From Podarcis pityusensis (lineage: Eukaryota), in assembly GCA_964106645.2 (NCBI GenBank), contig OZ067040.1: 64,000 nt of DNA; one strand, 5' to 3'. Position 1 is the first letter of the stretch; each line of letters begins with the position of its first letter. Positions 13,171-23,578 of this stretch are shown one piece after another. The notes under the pieces were generated by a model. That model ran no database searches and was not told where the DNA came from. It saw only the letters and a program-made list of their open reading frames with translations. The position numbers and the translations under genes are program-made.

Positions 13171-15022
13171 TCTTGGGCTAAGATACCTTCTATGAAGCAT
13201 TTATCATGTGCTGGTTTTTTGTTTTTTTTAATGTATAAAGAACCATAATCCTGGCTTGCAAAAAATATATCATTTCAATCATTTATAGCACCATGATATG
13301 AACAATTATACTTTTTTTAAGGTACATGTATTATACCATATTTTCTGAAGATGGATGTCCTCTCCTGGAATTCCAGTGCCTAGATAGAAGTTATGCATTC
13401 CAGTGATTATGTATCAAGAAGGCATTGCTGAGGGCTGACATGCACAAAAAACCTAAAACAGAAGTTGCATTCTTGCAGTGAACTTTTTTTAAAAATCAAT
13501 TACCCAAACTGCCAATCAGCTACTCCAGGACAGGCCATTGTTTGCAAATGATAGTTATGTACTCTTCACAATCTTTCCTCTCAAAATTACACCAGCAGTT
13601 ATTTTTAGTATAATTTCTAAAACATCTTTAATTACTAAATCCAGTACCACCTTATCAGATTTCTGCTGTTGCTCTTGCTGAAGACGTACCCTTCAGAGAA
13701 ATGAAGAACAGCCTGGGAACAATTACAAAAGCCTCTGGCAAGTCTCCATATTACATACTTTAAACAGGACATTGGTAATTACACAGGTATAGGTTTGCCA
13801 CTTTGCCCTGTAAAAATTTTGCCCTATAAAATTGTTTATATATGGGGCCCCTGAGAACATCCATTATCACATTTTGGTTAACATCACAGATTTTTAAAAA
13901 ACAATAAAACCCAGTAGTACTGCAGTCATATAGGCTTTCCTCTGCAATATTCTGGTTTGTTCTTTGTTATTCAAATAACTCATGAAGCAGTGTGTGTGAG
14001 AGAGTGATTTTTATAAAATGCATATACACTGTTCATCAGTGGCATTGTCAAAATGTTGTAAGTTTCCATTTTTGTTTAATTGGAGCTATGCAAGGAACAA
14101 GCCCAAAAGTTCCTGGTCCTTTCTATTTTGAGACTTGTTAGTACAGATACTTTAGTCTGTAAATACATTCATTTAGGTCTTTGTAAATGAAAAGTGAAGT
14201 GCTATCCAAAAGAAAAAGGCAGCACAGGCCCCTTTTCAGCCTAGTATTGACCAACTAAATTAATTGATTATGTGTTTTTATCTTCATGCATTTTTAATGG
14301 CCATCATATCATAAATGTGCTGAAAGCTACATTATGTCTAAATGCTTTCCCTTCAAAATCCATTGATTTGTCCCCTCTCTGTCTCTCTCTTTTAAATTGG
14401 AACTTGCCTAGGCTTATATGCCTTTTCTCCCTTACTGCAAGCCATTTGGGATAGGGTATACTTTTTTTGCCTTTTGTTTGCAGATTCTCCAGTTACCTTC
14501 CCCAAACGGTTGAAAAGACTGCCTGTATGTGCATGAGGTATAGCTTCTTTTGTCTTGTAAGTGCAGTGAAACAGCTTCAAATGAGATGACTATCAATGCA
14601 TTTACTCAGAAATGATTCCGTTTCACTTTAGGAATGTGCTTCACATACCTCAAGGTGTCCCACTGAATACCAACCTCTATGGGGAGCTCTGCTAAATATA
14701 AAGGGGTGTGTTTGTGGGCTTAAATTTAATTTGTCTAAGCCAAGTAGCAGAGAGCAGTGCACTGTGAAAAGTCCTAGTGAAGCATTCCAAGTAAATGAGG
14801 TGTTTGGGTCTATCCCTTAGAACTTCACAGCAATTTTTTATTTTTGGTGCCTTCAGCACCAAAGAAGTCCCGTAACTCATCCTTATTTTAAACTTGCATT
14901 AGGATTCCAAACACAAATTCCACGGAAGTCTTGCTTCCACATGTCTTTATGAAAACAGTGTTGAGTTGTCTAACATCAACATAAAGTTCAGTAGGACTTA
15001 AATTTCTGCTTTAAGGGCACAA

Positions 15023-15369
15023 CAGGGGTAGGGAATGTTTTCTAGCGCAAGGGCCACATTCACATCTAGGCAACCTTCAGTGGGCCAGTGGGCCAGAGAT
15101 GGGCATTGCCAGATGCAAAAGTGGGTGGAGCAACAAATGTAAATTTTAACCTTTGCACAATAGAGTAGTTTCTACACACCCCTCTTTCTCCTCCATCCAG
15201 ATAAGCAAAGAGACATCAGAGTTCAAGAACAAATTCCAGAGAGGCAAAACCACTCAAGGAGGGTGTAAGCAAGAGTGGCGAGGGGTGTGGCTTGGGAAAA
15301 GAGGACGTGCCTTGGGCCAGATAGAGATGCTTGGAGGGCTGCATTTGGACCTTGAGGTTTCAATCTCCT
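15023..15369. mobile_element. Old hAT-like element (same family as 42060-42392)
   Basis: CAGGGGTAGGGAA start. It shares gggccacattc...aaccttc and ctgcatttgg.cc...gaggtttc blocks with 42060-42392. Confidence 0.6.
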
Positions 15370-15796
15370 AGAATATCGAATTGTAACCTCAGGGTTATAT
15401 CTACAGAGCACTTTGAAAAATAATAATGCTAATGTGTGTTTTAGCTATCCAGATGCAAGGCAACACTTATCCAAAAACCCATCTTTTCACATACCAATTT
15501 TGTTGATCGAAATGAGTCAGCACAAGTTTGAAATATATATATTTTAAGTGTTGATCAACAATTAGTTACATTAATTATTGGGCATTGTTCCACAGCAGTT
15601 AATATGAGGATTGGAAAACTGATGAATCTGCATGCGGATCTGGGAAAAGAATCCAGTTTCCCAGATGTTGGAGACCCTTGGACCAAAACTACACATGACT
15701 TTAAATGGATTTTTCAAAATTCTTAAAAGTGGGAGGAGAAATCACTGCTGAACCATTCTCTCCCCACTACTTCCTAATAATAGTAGCAGCTATTTC

Positions 15797-15885
15797 CCCC
15801 CATCCAAGTACTAACCAAGCATGACCCTCCTTAGCTTCTGAGATCAGATGAGATCAGGTATGTTCAGGGTAGTATGGCCATAGAC
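15797..15885 (-). pseudogene. 5S rRNA-derived relic (truncated pseudogene or head of a 5S-derived SINE)
   Basis: The reverse complement GTCTATGGCCATACTACCCTGAACATACCTGATCTCATCTGATCTCAGAAGCTAAGGAGGGTCATGCTTGGTTAGTACTTGGATGGG matches about nt 1-89 of vertebrate 5S rRNA, with CpGs decayed to TpG/CpA. Confidence 0.9.
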
Positions 15886-16172
15886 AGCAGCAGCAAATTC
15901 TATTTTTAAAGTACATGTTAAAGGTAGTAACACATTTAACATTGTGTCTAGTTTGGCTCTCATCTGCAGTTCCTTGCAAAAAGGCCTAAGGAGTGCTCTA
16001 GGCATGATCACATCATTTCCCTTTCCTGCTACTGCCAGAGTAGTCACTGAATAAAGAAGCTGGAAAGTAACTCAGAGATCATCTAGTTCAACCTCCTGCC
16101 AGTGTAGGAAACACACTACTACAGAGTGCCTGATAAGTTGCCATCCAGCCTCTGTTTAAAAACCTCAACTTG

Positions 16173-16415
16173 CCAACTTATGAGGCAGCCTGTTCCAGAG
16201 TCTGAACAGTTTTTACTAAAATGAAGTTCTAATTAAATTATCCTAAATAATTTTTCTTCTGACCTACCAGGAGAAAAATTCTGTCAAGAAAGAGGAATAA
16301 GTTTAGTCTGGTATGACTTCCTATTGAGAAACCAAGGTTGACTCTTCGCAATCACATCGTTTCCCCCCTCTATGCTCACAGAAGGGCTGTTTAATTATTT
16401 GTTCTAAATAATAGT

Positions 16416-16463
<48 letters not shown>

Positions 16464-16702
16464 TTTATTATTTATACCCCACCCATCTGACTGGGTTTCC
16501 CTATTTAGAACAAATAATTTAAACAGCCCTTCTGTGAGCATAGAGGGGGAAACGATGTGATTGCGAAGAGTCAACCTTGGTTTCTCAATAGGAAGTCATA
16601 CCAGACTAAACTTATTCCTCTTTCTTGACAGAATGCAGAAGAAAAATTATTGTTAGAACTTCTTTAACTTTAGACTCTGGAACAGGCTGCCTCATAAGTT
16701 GG
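16173..16702. repeat. Local inverted (foldback) duplication
   Basis: 16278-16410 is the reverse complement of 16502-16634 apart from two single-base indels. Outer arms 16173-16203 and 16672-16702 also pair. Confidence 0.93.
16416..16461. repeat. (AAC)n microsatellite
   Basis: Seen directly; it lies in the loop of the foldback. Confidence 0.95.
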
Positions 16703-17640
16703 AGAAGAGGATGGCAAGGCGGCCAAAGACTATGGCTGAAGACTGTGGAGTGTGTGACGTACATGTGTGTGGCAACACACCATTGCTGTCATGGTGAGAT
16801 CAAATGTGGGAGAAGCTTCCAGTCTTTCTTGCACTGCAGTACAAAGACATGCATTTCTCCCTGCCCTTCCTCCTTGCCTCACCCTTACTCTGGATGCTTC
16901 AAGTTCTTGGATTGCATAAAATGTACTAATTTCTAATGTGGATATTGCAGTAAAGTGATTTTTTTCAAGGGGGCCCTGATACAACTCCTTGCCAAGGGCA
17001 CAGGGACCCTAGGTTTGCCTTTTGGCATATTGGTGTTCAGCCAACTGGTCAATATTTGTCTAGAACCTCCTTTCTTTGAAGGTGGGAACATTTCTCTGTC
17101 TTCAGCCTCATATCACCACCTGTTCTCCAAGAATCTTTGAAAAAATCTAGACAGAAGCTCTGAGATTGCTTCTGTAAATTCATTTAGTGTCCTAGTATGC
17201 AATTTGTGAGACTCAGAAGACTTTTTAGCGTGTCTGGGTGCTCCCATACCATCTCTTTACCTAACGTGGCTTATAACTCCCTCCCTTCATCATTTGGTCT
17301 ACTTTTTTGCCAGGTCAAGCACAATTACCCTTGTAGGTAAAGGCTGAGCCATAGCAGGAGTCTAGCAGTTATGTTTTCTGTCACGCCTTAACATTTCTCT
17401 ATCCTCTATGCAGCAAACTTACCGTTCCTTGTGCTTCATCTTGCTCTTTAAGAAACAAAACCCTTTTCATTTTACACATCTTGTGGGAGCCCTTGGGTTT
17501 ATTCTATGCTTTAGCCCTCCTGGCACTTTCCAAGCTCTGGCTGCTCATCTGGCCTTGGTGGTTTATGCCTCCTACTTTGTATTTATGCTACTTTAAATCT
17601 GAGTTCGAGACCTGCTTGTTCCTCCACTCCAGCTTCTTTA

Positions 17641-17990
17641 AAGGTAAAGGGACCCCTGACCATTAGGTCCAGTCCTGACCGACTCTGGGGTTGTGGCGCT
17701 CATCTCGCTTTATTGACCGAGGGAGCCGGCGTACAGCTTCCGGGTCATGTTGCCAGCATGACTAAGCCGCTTCTGGCGAACCAGAGCAGCACACGGAAAC
17801 GCCGTTTACCTTCCCGCCAGAGCAGTACCTATTTATCTACTTGCACTTTGACGTGCTTTCGAACTGCTAGGTTGGCAGGAGCAGGGACCGAGCAACGGGA
17901 GCTCACCCCGTCGCGGGGATTCGAACCACCGACCTTCTGATCGGCAAGTCCTAGGCTCTGTGGTTTAACCCACAGCGCCACCCACGTCCC
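17641..17990 (-). mobile_element. Sauria SINE, young, nested in a CR1 fragment
   Basis: CpG-rich copy with 14-bp TSD CTCCAGCTTCTTTA at 17627-17640 and 17990-18003. Confidence 0.93.
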
Positions 17991-18819
17991 TCCAGCTTCT
18001 TTAGGTGCCTCCAGTTTTCTTTGCTCACTGGAATGGTTTGCAGTTTTGCTTTTCAGCATCTCACTTTAAAAAAATTCCTGCCCATCTTGAACTCCTTCCT
18101 CAAGTATTTCAGCCCATTGCTTCCAATAGTTCTTTAAAACTTGTTGAAATCATCTTTACTAAAGACCAGAGTGCATATCTAACTTAACCCAGCTTTCCCT
18201 TTCCTGAGTATCATGACTCCCAGTTACAGCTCTTATTAAAAAGGCAGTCTCCACTAAGAAAGAGAGGCACTTTTATTGACCACTTTCAAAGAATACCATT
18301 ATCATTATCAAGAAATGTTTAAGACCATGAGAACAGACTAATACTTCCCCAATTCAACTAACAAAAAACCCTTTTGGTTTGACATGGAATGCTTTCCATG
18401 TTCACTGAAGCACCAACATGCTGCGAGATTGCAGATCTTATTTAAGCAATATTGATATGATATGGTATGTTATTCCATTCTGTGTTCCCACAGAGTGGCT
18501 AGAGGCAGGTGGTAGAAATCACTTTGTACAAACTACCATTTTTTTCCCTTTTGCAGTTCCTTTGGCCTACATGCCTGTAAAGGGTACAGCAGCTCTTTGT
18601 GAAGCATCCATCCCTGCTAGTATAATGTGGTCCTTGGAGCTACTTCACAGATTTTGCAACAATGATATTAAAGCTGTAGGAAATACATAAAGTATGAAGG
18701 ATAAACTTGTGTCTTTGGACTGAGAGCTAGGGTCTGTGGCCAATCAGAAGTACCAAGTGTGTGACCTCAAGCATTTAGGAAGTTTGTTTTCCTTTTACAT
18801 ATTTCCTGTAAGAAACACC

Positions 18820-19800
18820 AGAGTAATACTGGCATAGCTCTGGCAAACACAATTGTCCCGGCTCAAGTGTGAAGCGGCCTTTGATGTGAGTCAGTGACTC
18901 TCTGAAAACAGTGTGAATAAACATCAGGGGCTTGGGTACTGCTGATGATATGAAAATGAATTCCACAAGCATAATGTCCATTTGGAAGTTATTTGTATAG
19001 ATAAATTGTTGGGCAGGGCGAAGCAGGAGTTTATACTGCATTCACCTTGCAATGAAAACAAGGTCCACTCTTTGGGGAAAATGCATTTTAATACAAAGTG
19101 CTTCCAGTCCTTGAGCATATCCTTCCTTTTACCTATTTACCTTCCTTTTACTTTATTCCTCAAAAAAAGGGTGTTTTAAAAAATAACTTTGCTGGATAAG
19201 AATACGATAATATTCTCCTGTAGGCTGTTGTCAGGGGGAGGGGGGTTCATTAAAAAGTAGTTATTTCCATTATGCACCATTATTTTTCATCTTTATTGCT
19301 TATCTATAGTTTTCATGGCACTTTTAATGGCATGCTTGGTCAGAAAAGGTGAGGAAGAATGTGAGTACACTTGGCTCCTGTTAGTGCCTACTAGCTGTGC
19401 TTGAATCCTTGTCCCCATAGATTNNNNNNNNNNNNNNNNNNNNNNNNNNNNNNNNNNNNNNNNNNNNNNNNNNNNNNNNNNNNNNNNNNNNNNNNNNNNN
19501 NNNNNNNNNNNNNNNNNNNNNNNNNNNNNNNNNNNNNNNNNNNNNNNNNNNNNNNNNNNNNNNNNNNNNNNNNNNNNNNNNNNNNNNNNNNNNNNNNNNN
19601 NNNNNNNNNNNNNNNNNNNTTTGTATGCAGTCTTTATCACATAGCAACCTGAGCAGCAGGTGTGGAACAGCAAGAATCCCCCATAAACACAGCTGTCTAC
19701 TGGGGACAATGATCTCTAATGAGATGAGGCTACACCATCACTGTAATTTAAGTGGGAAAATAAACGCCAGAGAATGTGTTCCAGCTCCAAGCAAGATTCC
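18820..19800. promoter_or_regulatory. Candidate conserved intronic enhancer cluster around an N-run
   Basis: Dense motif run at 18849-18893 and repeat-free flanks around the gap. Confidence 0.4.
19424..19619. other. N-run (196 nt)
   Basis: Seen directly. Confidence 0.99.
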
Positions 19801-20065
19801 TTGGGCACAGTGGGAACAGGATTGCTGCTTTCTCTGTTATGGAAGATCCCCCCCCCCCAAGTTGCTAGATATTTAACTCTCTCTTTTTCTTTTTAAATGA
19901 TGTTTTATGTATGTTACCCTTCATCAAAGAGAGGTGGTGAATATTTAATTGTGGGCAGAGCGGTTGTACTGTTTGAGGGTTTGTAATGATGCCAGCAGAC
20001 AAAAGTTTCAAAATAGCTCCTGAAATTCTTTAACCTCTTCTGATTCTCCTAATCCCCCCCCATGC

Positions 20066-20120
20066 TCCTTCCTTCCTTCCTTCCTTCCTTCCTTCCTTCC
20101 TTCCTTCCTTCCTTCCTTCC
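20066..20120. repeat. (TTCC)n microsatellite
   Basis: Seen directly. Confidence 0.95.
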
Positions 20121-20399
20121 TAAACCCTTTTTATACTGTTACATAGCTAAACTTAGGAGCCCTTCATTGCTTTTTCCTAGAATACAAATATGTCAGAATC
20201 AGAAAAAGTGTTTATTTATTAACATTTCAAATGGTGCCAGAACGTTCCTCTGCCTGTGGCACGTGGACCAGGAAGTGGGTACATGGCAAAAATCAGCTAC
20301 CCCAGTTTGCATTAGCAGAAGCACTTTCCTCTAAGGTAAAGCTTCTACTGGATACAGGCCAATGTTTCCCCACCACCACCACCACCCATGTGTATTTAC

Positions 20400-20720
20400 T
20401 TTGGTTATTTAAAAGATTTATTAACCGCCTTTCATCAAAAGATTCCAGAGCAGTGTGAAAAAGTTTGTGTACAAACTAAATATAATTTAAAGCAAACAAC
20501 AAAACATAACAATATGCAATATGCAATAAGACAAAAACGAATTTAAACTGAAACAACTAAAGAGCAAAGCAGAACAAGCAAAATCACCCAGAATGCCTGA
20601 TTAAATAGGAAAACCTTCACCTGGCACTGAAAAGTTGCCTTTTGAGGGAAGAAATTCCAGAATTCAGAGTTCTACTGCAGAAAATGGTGTCTCCATTGTA
20701 GAAGCATAATGTTTCTCCAG
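20400..20720 (-). mobile_element. L2-clade 3' end, degraded
   Basis: tttattaaccgcctttc...agagcagtgt tail and gcctgattaaataggaaaaccttcacctggcactgaaa motif. Probably the same element as 21330-21590, split by later insertions. Confidence 0.55.
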
Positions 20721-20727
20721 TGGTGTC

Positions 20728-20866
20728 TTAGAATTGTAGAGTTGGAAGGGACCATGAGGGTCATCTAGTTGAACCCCCTGCAATGCAGGAATCTTTTGCC
20801 CAATTTGGGGCTCGAACGCATGACCCTGAGATTAAGAGTCTCGTGCTCTACTGACTGAGCTATCCC
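20728..20866 (-). mobile_element. tRNA-Lys(CTT)-derived short SINE with CR1 3' tail
   Basis: The reverse complement GGGATAGCTCAGTCAGTAGAGCACGAGACTCTTAATCTCAGGGTCATGCGTTCGAGCCCC is tRNA-Lys-like and is followed by the CR1 tail ACTAGATGACCCTCATGGTCCCTTCCAACTCTACAATTCT. Confidence 0.85.
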
Positions 20867-20925
20867 AAGGAATACTTCTGAAATGAAGAAAGAAGCAAAT
20901 GGCATGCACTTCCATTCCCTGAACT

Positions 20926-21084
20926 CATAGGTGCCAACTCCCTGTGGCCCAGGGTGCCTGAGCGCCCACAAAATTCCCCATGAATGGGCCAGGCACCCAC
21001 AAATTTCGGTGCCAGGGCTATTCACACTGCATGGCACCCATGGCCCTGGGCACCCACCGTTGCGGGGCCAAGTTGGCATTCCTG
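20926..21084. mobile_element. hAT-like MITE
   Basis: CATAGGTGCCAACT / AGTTGGCATTCCTG ends and a degenerate 8-bp flank CCTGAACT / CATGGACT. A similarly ended element lies at about 41298-41487. Confidence 0.6.
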
Positions 21085-21189
21085 CATGGACTTGTTGTTA
21101 AGTAGGAGGGCAAGCAAGTGGTAGGACACTGAGGGCAGGCTAAGGTTGGAGGGGTCGTTTGCCCTGATGGACAATTCATTTATAAGTTG

Positions 21190-21325
21190 TTTTATTTATT
21201 ATGTTTCTATCGCATCTTTTTTCCCAAGGAGCTCAAAGTGGTATCCAAGGTTCTCCCCCTCCTCAGCTAATCCCTACTACAACTCTGTGAGGTAGAGAAG
21301 GCTGAGAGGCAGCTTCATGGCCAGC
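21190..21325 (-). mobile_element. MIR/CORE-like SINE 3' part
   Basis: aaggagctcaaagtgg...ctacaactctgtgaggtag...ctgagaggcagcttcatggcc, reverse-complementary to the 4875 family. Confidence 0.6.
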
Positions 21326-21329
21326 CTTG

Positions 21330-21590
21330 CTGTAGCTCTTAAGACATGAACAGGATGATTGGGGGGAGAGGCGTTCTTTTAGATATTTAGATCCCAATCT
21401 GAATGGGCTTTGAAGATGAGAACGTAGCTACTGCAGATCTTTCAAGAGAGGTGTAATATGAACAACTCTGTGTATGCAAGTCAAAACTCTAGCAACTGAG
21501 TTCTGCTGTAGCTGGGGCTTCCAGGACATCTTTAAGGGCAGTCCCACACATAATGCATTACGTAATCCATCCATGTTGGAAGAAATGAAG
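21330..21590 (-). mobile_element. L2-clade LINE ORF2 C-terminal fragment
   Basis: The ORF track gives NALCVGLPLKMSWKPQLQQNSVARVLT...HITPLLKDLQ, matching the L2 motif LQL.QN.AARVLT...HITP.LK.LH. Confidence 0.8.
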
Positions 21591-23229
21591 CGATTCTGAG
21601 TGTCAGAAACTTGCATTTGTCCGTCACAAGGAAGGAGGAAACTAATGAATTGGAGAATGTGTCCATATTGGATTTATGCCATCCATGTTTCCTTTTTAAG
21701 CCTGTGATTGTATTTGCTCCACATAAACCAGCTGAACTGAGTGCACACCCTTATCCTTAGGTTCCTGTAATCTTGTTGCCCAATGAGGCATGCCCAAGAG
21801 CTTGTTACCCAAGAAGGAAACTCGAAATACTCAGCAAAGAATAGAGTTGGACGGAAAGCAGAGAAAAATAAACAGAAGCTAGTGAAAGGGGAGGGCTATG
21901 GCCCATGCTGCTATTATTTTACCAAAGATGGTGATGCATATACAAGACTACCTGCTTAAAAACTGTTTAAATGAGATAAAACATTGCAGTATTAGCAAAG
22001 AACTAGACTTCAGTTATGAAATATTTGCCTCAACAAATCTGTCTCAGACTTTGACTAAAACCAGTACAGATGCTTTTATGGAATTAAGTTGCTCTGTGAA
22101 TTTTTACTTTTATAGCAGTTAAGGGCCTCTTCAGTTTTAGTTTGGGGAAGGACAGTTTCCTTCTGTATATTTTTATTAATATCTTTCAAGGTCCCAAGGT
22201 AGCTTTCTTTTGAAAAAACTTGGTTTAATTAAACACTCAGTTTAAACTCATTTTAATAGTAAATTGGACTGGAAGATCATTAGCACGATTGCTAGTCTCT
22301 TGCATATAATCTCTATTTTTGTACTATGATACAAATATAATTTCTCATGTCCTTTAGGTGCACTTCTCCAATACACCAGACTAATATACTTTATGTACAG
22401 ACTATTCCACTGGAAACCCTTGGATTCCTTGTTATTAGTAAAGCATCATAAAACTTGAATCTCAGAAAGGGAAGGTTCATCACTGAGCTGTATTATATAA
22501 TAAAATGTTAAATCTAATATGTAGTGCAATTACTGTGATACTGGATTAACAAAATATGGTATGTCACTTAATGCTTAGGTAGTTAAATGCTTTTCAAATA
22601 CTTCACAAGTCACATAGCACAGGAAAATGCCAATCAGGTTTCAACACATGGGGGCTTGATACGAAGTCAATTGTAGTAACTGAAAAGGCTCCATCTTGAT
22701 TTCAGATCATCTGAAACTGTTCAGATGATTAAAGAATCGCATAATAAACCAATATGTAACGTGATACAGATTGCAATCTTAGGGCAAAAGCAGCCCTCTT
22801 TAAGCTTTTCTCATGAACTACATTTTACAGTCAGAGACAAAATGTTGGGTGCAGAGAATAAGTTCTTCCTCTTTCATTCATCGTCCTTTGTCTTTCCCCC
22901 TCTATATACACAGCTAGCAAGCTAGTCTGTCAAATAATAACAGTAATAGTTAGGGAGATTCAAGGCAGTATTTTCTAGCATCTTCATGAGATCAGCTGAG
23001 CTAATTTTCACAAATGATAGTATGGTATGTTTTTCAAGAATGATACCTGCTGCAATTCAGGGCTAGTCCAATACATTTGCTACCTGACTACCCACAATGG
23101 CCATGTTCTGCCTCCACTGTTGGAGGGGGTGCCTCTGAATAAATTCCTCTTGCAGGGAATCACAAGTGGGGAGAGTGCTGTTGCATTCAGGTTCTGTTTG
23201 CAGGCTTCCAATGGGCATCTGGTTGGGTA

Positions 23230-23578
23230 AAGGTAAAGGGACCCCTGACCATTAGGTCCAGTCGTGGCCGACTCTGGGGTTGCAGCACTCATCTCGCTTT
23301 TCTGGCCGAGGGAGCCGGGGTACAGCTTCCAGGTCATGTGGCCAGCATGACTAAGCCACTTCTGGCGAAACAGAGCAGCACACAGAAACGCCATTTACCT
23401 TCCCGCCGGAGCGGTACCTATTTATCTACTTGCACTTTGACGTGCTTTCGAACTGCTAGGTTGGCAGGAGCAGGGACTGAGCAACGGGAGCTCACCCCGT
23501 CGCGGGGATTCGAACCGCCGACCTTCTGATCGGCAAGTCCTAGGCTCTGGTTTAACCCACAGCGCCACCCATGTCTCC
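23230..23578 (-). mobile_element. Sauria SINE nested in an older CR1-tailed repeat
   Basis: 14-bp TSD CATCTGGTTGGGTA at 23216-23229 and 23579-23592. The flanks rejoin into a CR1-type 3' tail (gggcatctggttgg...caggatgctggact...gatccagcag). Confidence 0.92.

Larger units (their letters stand above)
16050..18260 (-). mobile_element. Degraded CR1 LINE fragment(s), interrupted by the foldback duplication and a Sauria SINE
   Basis: CR1 3' end signature (agatcatctagttcaacctcctg...gccatccagcctctgtttaaaaacctc) and CR1-like ORF2 remnants. Boundaries are approximate. Confidence 0.65.

Noticed and set aside
15797-15885. Functional 5S rRNA gene
   Set aside because: Truncated at about nt 89, CpG-decayed and lacking the 3' end and T-run terminator.
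17713-17940. Recurrent ORFs of the type MTKPLLA...CFRTARLAGAGTEQRELTPSRGFEPPTF (also 5764-6036 and 23338-23529) that look like a small gene family
   Set aside because: They are antisense translations of Sauria SINE copies, several with TSDs.
20800-20866. tRNA-Lys-like sequence on the minus strand
   Set aside because: The acceptor and T stems are imperfect and it is fused to a CR1 tail, so it is a SINE head and not a functional tRNA.
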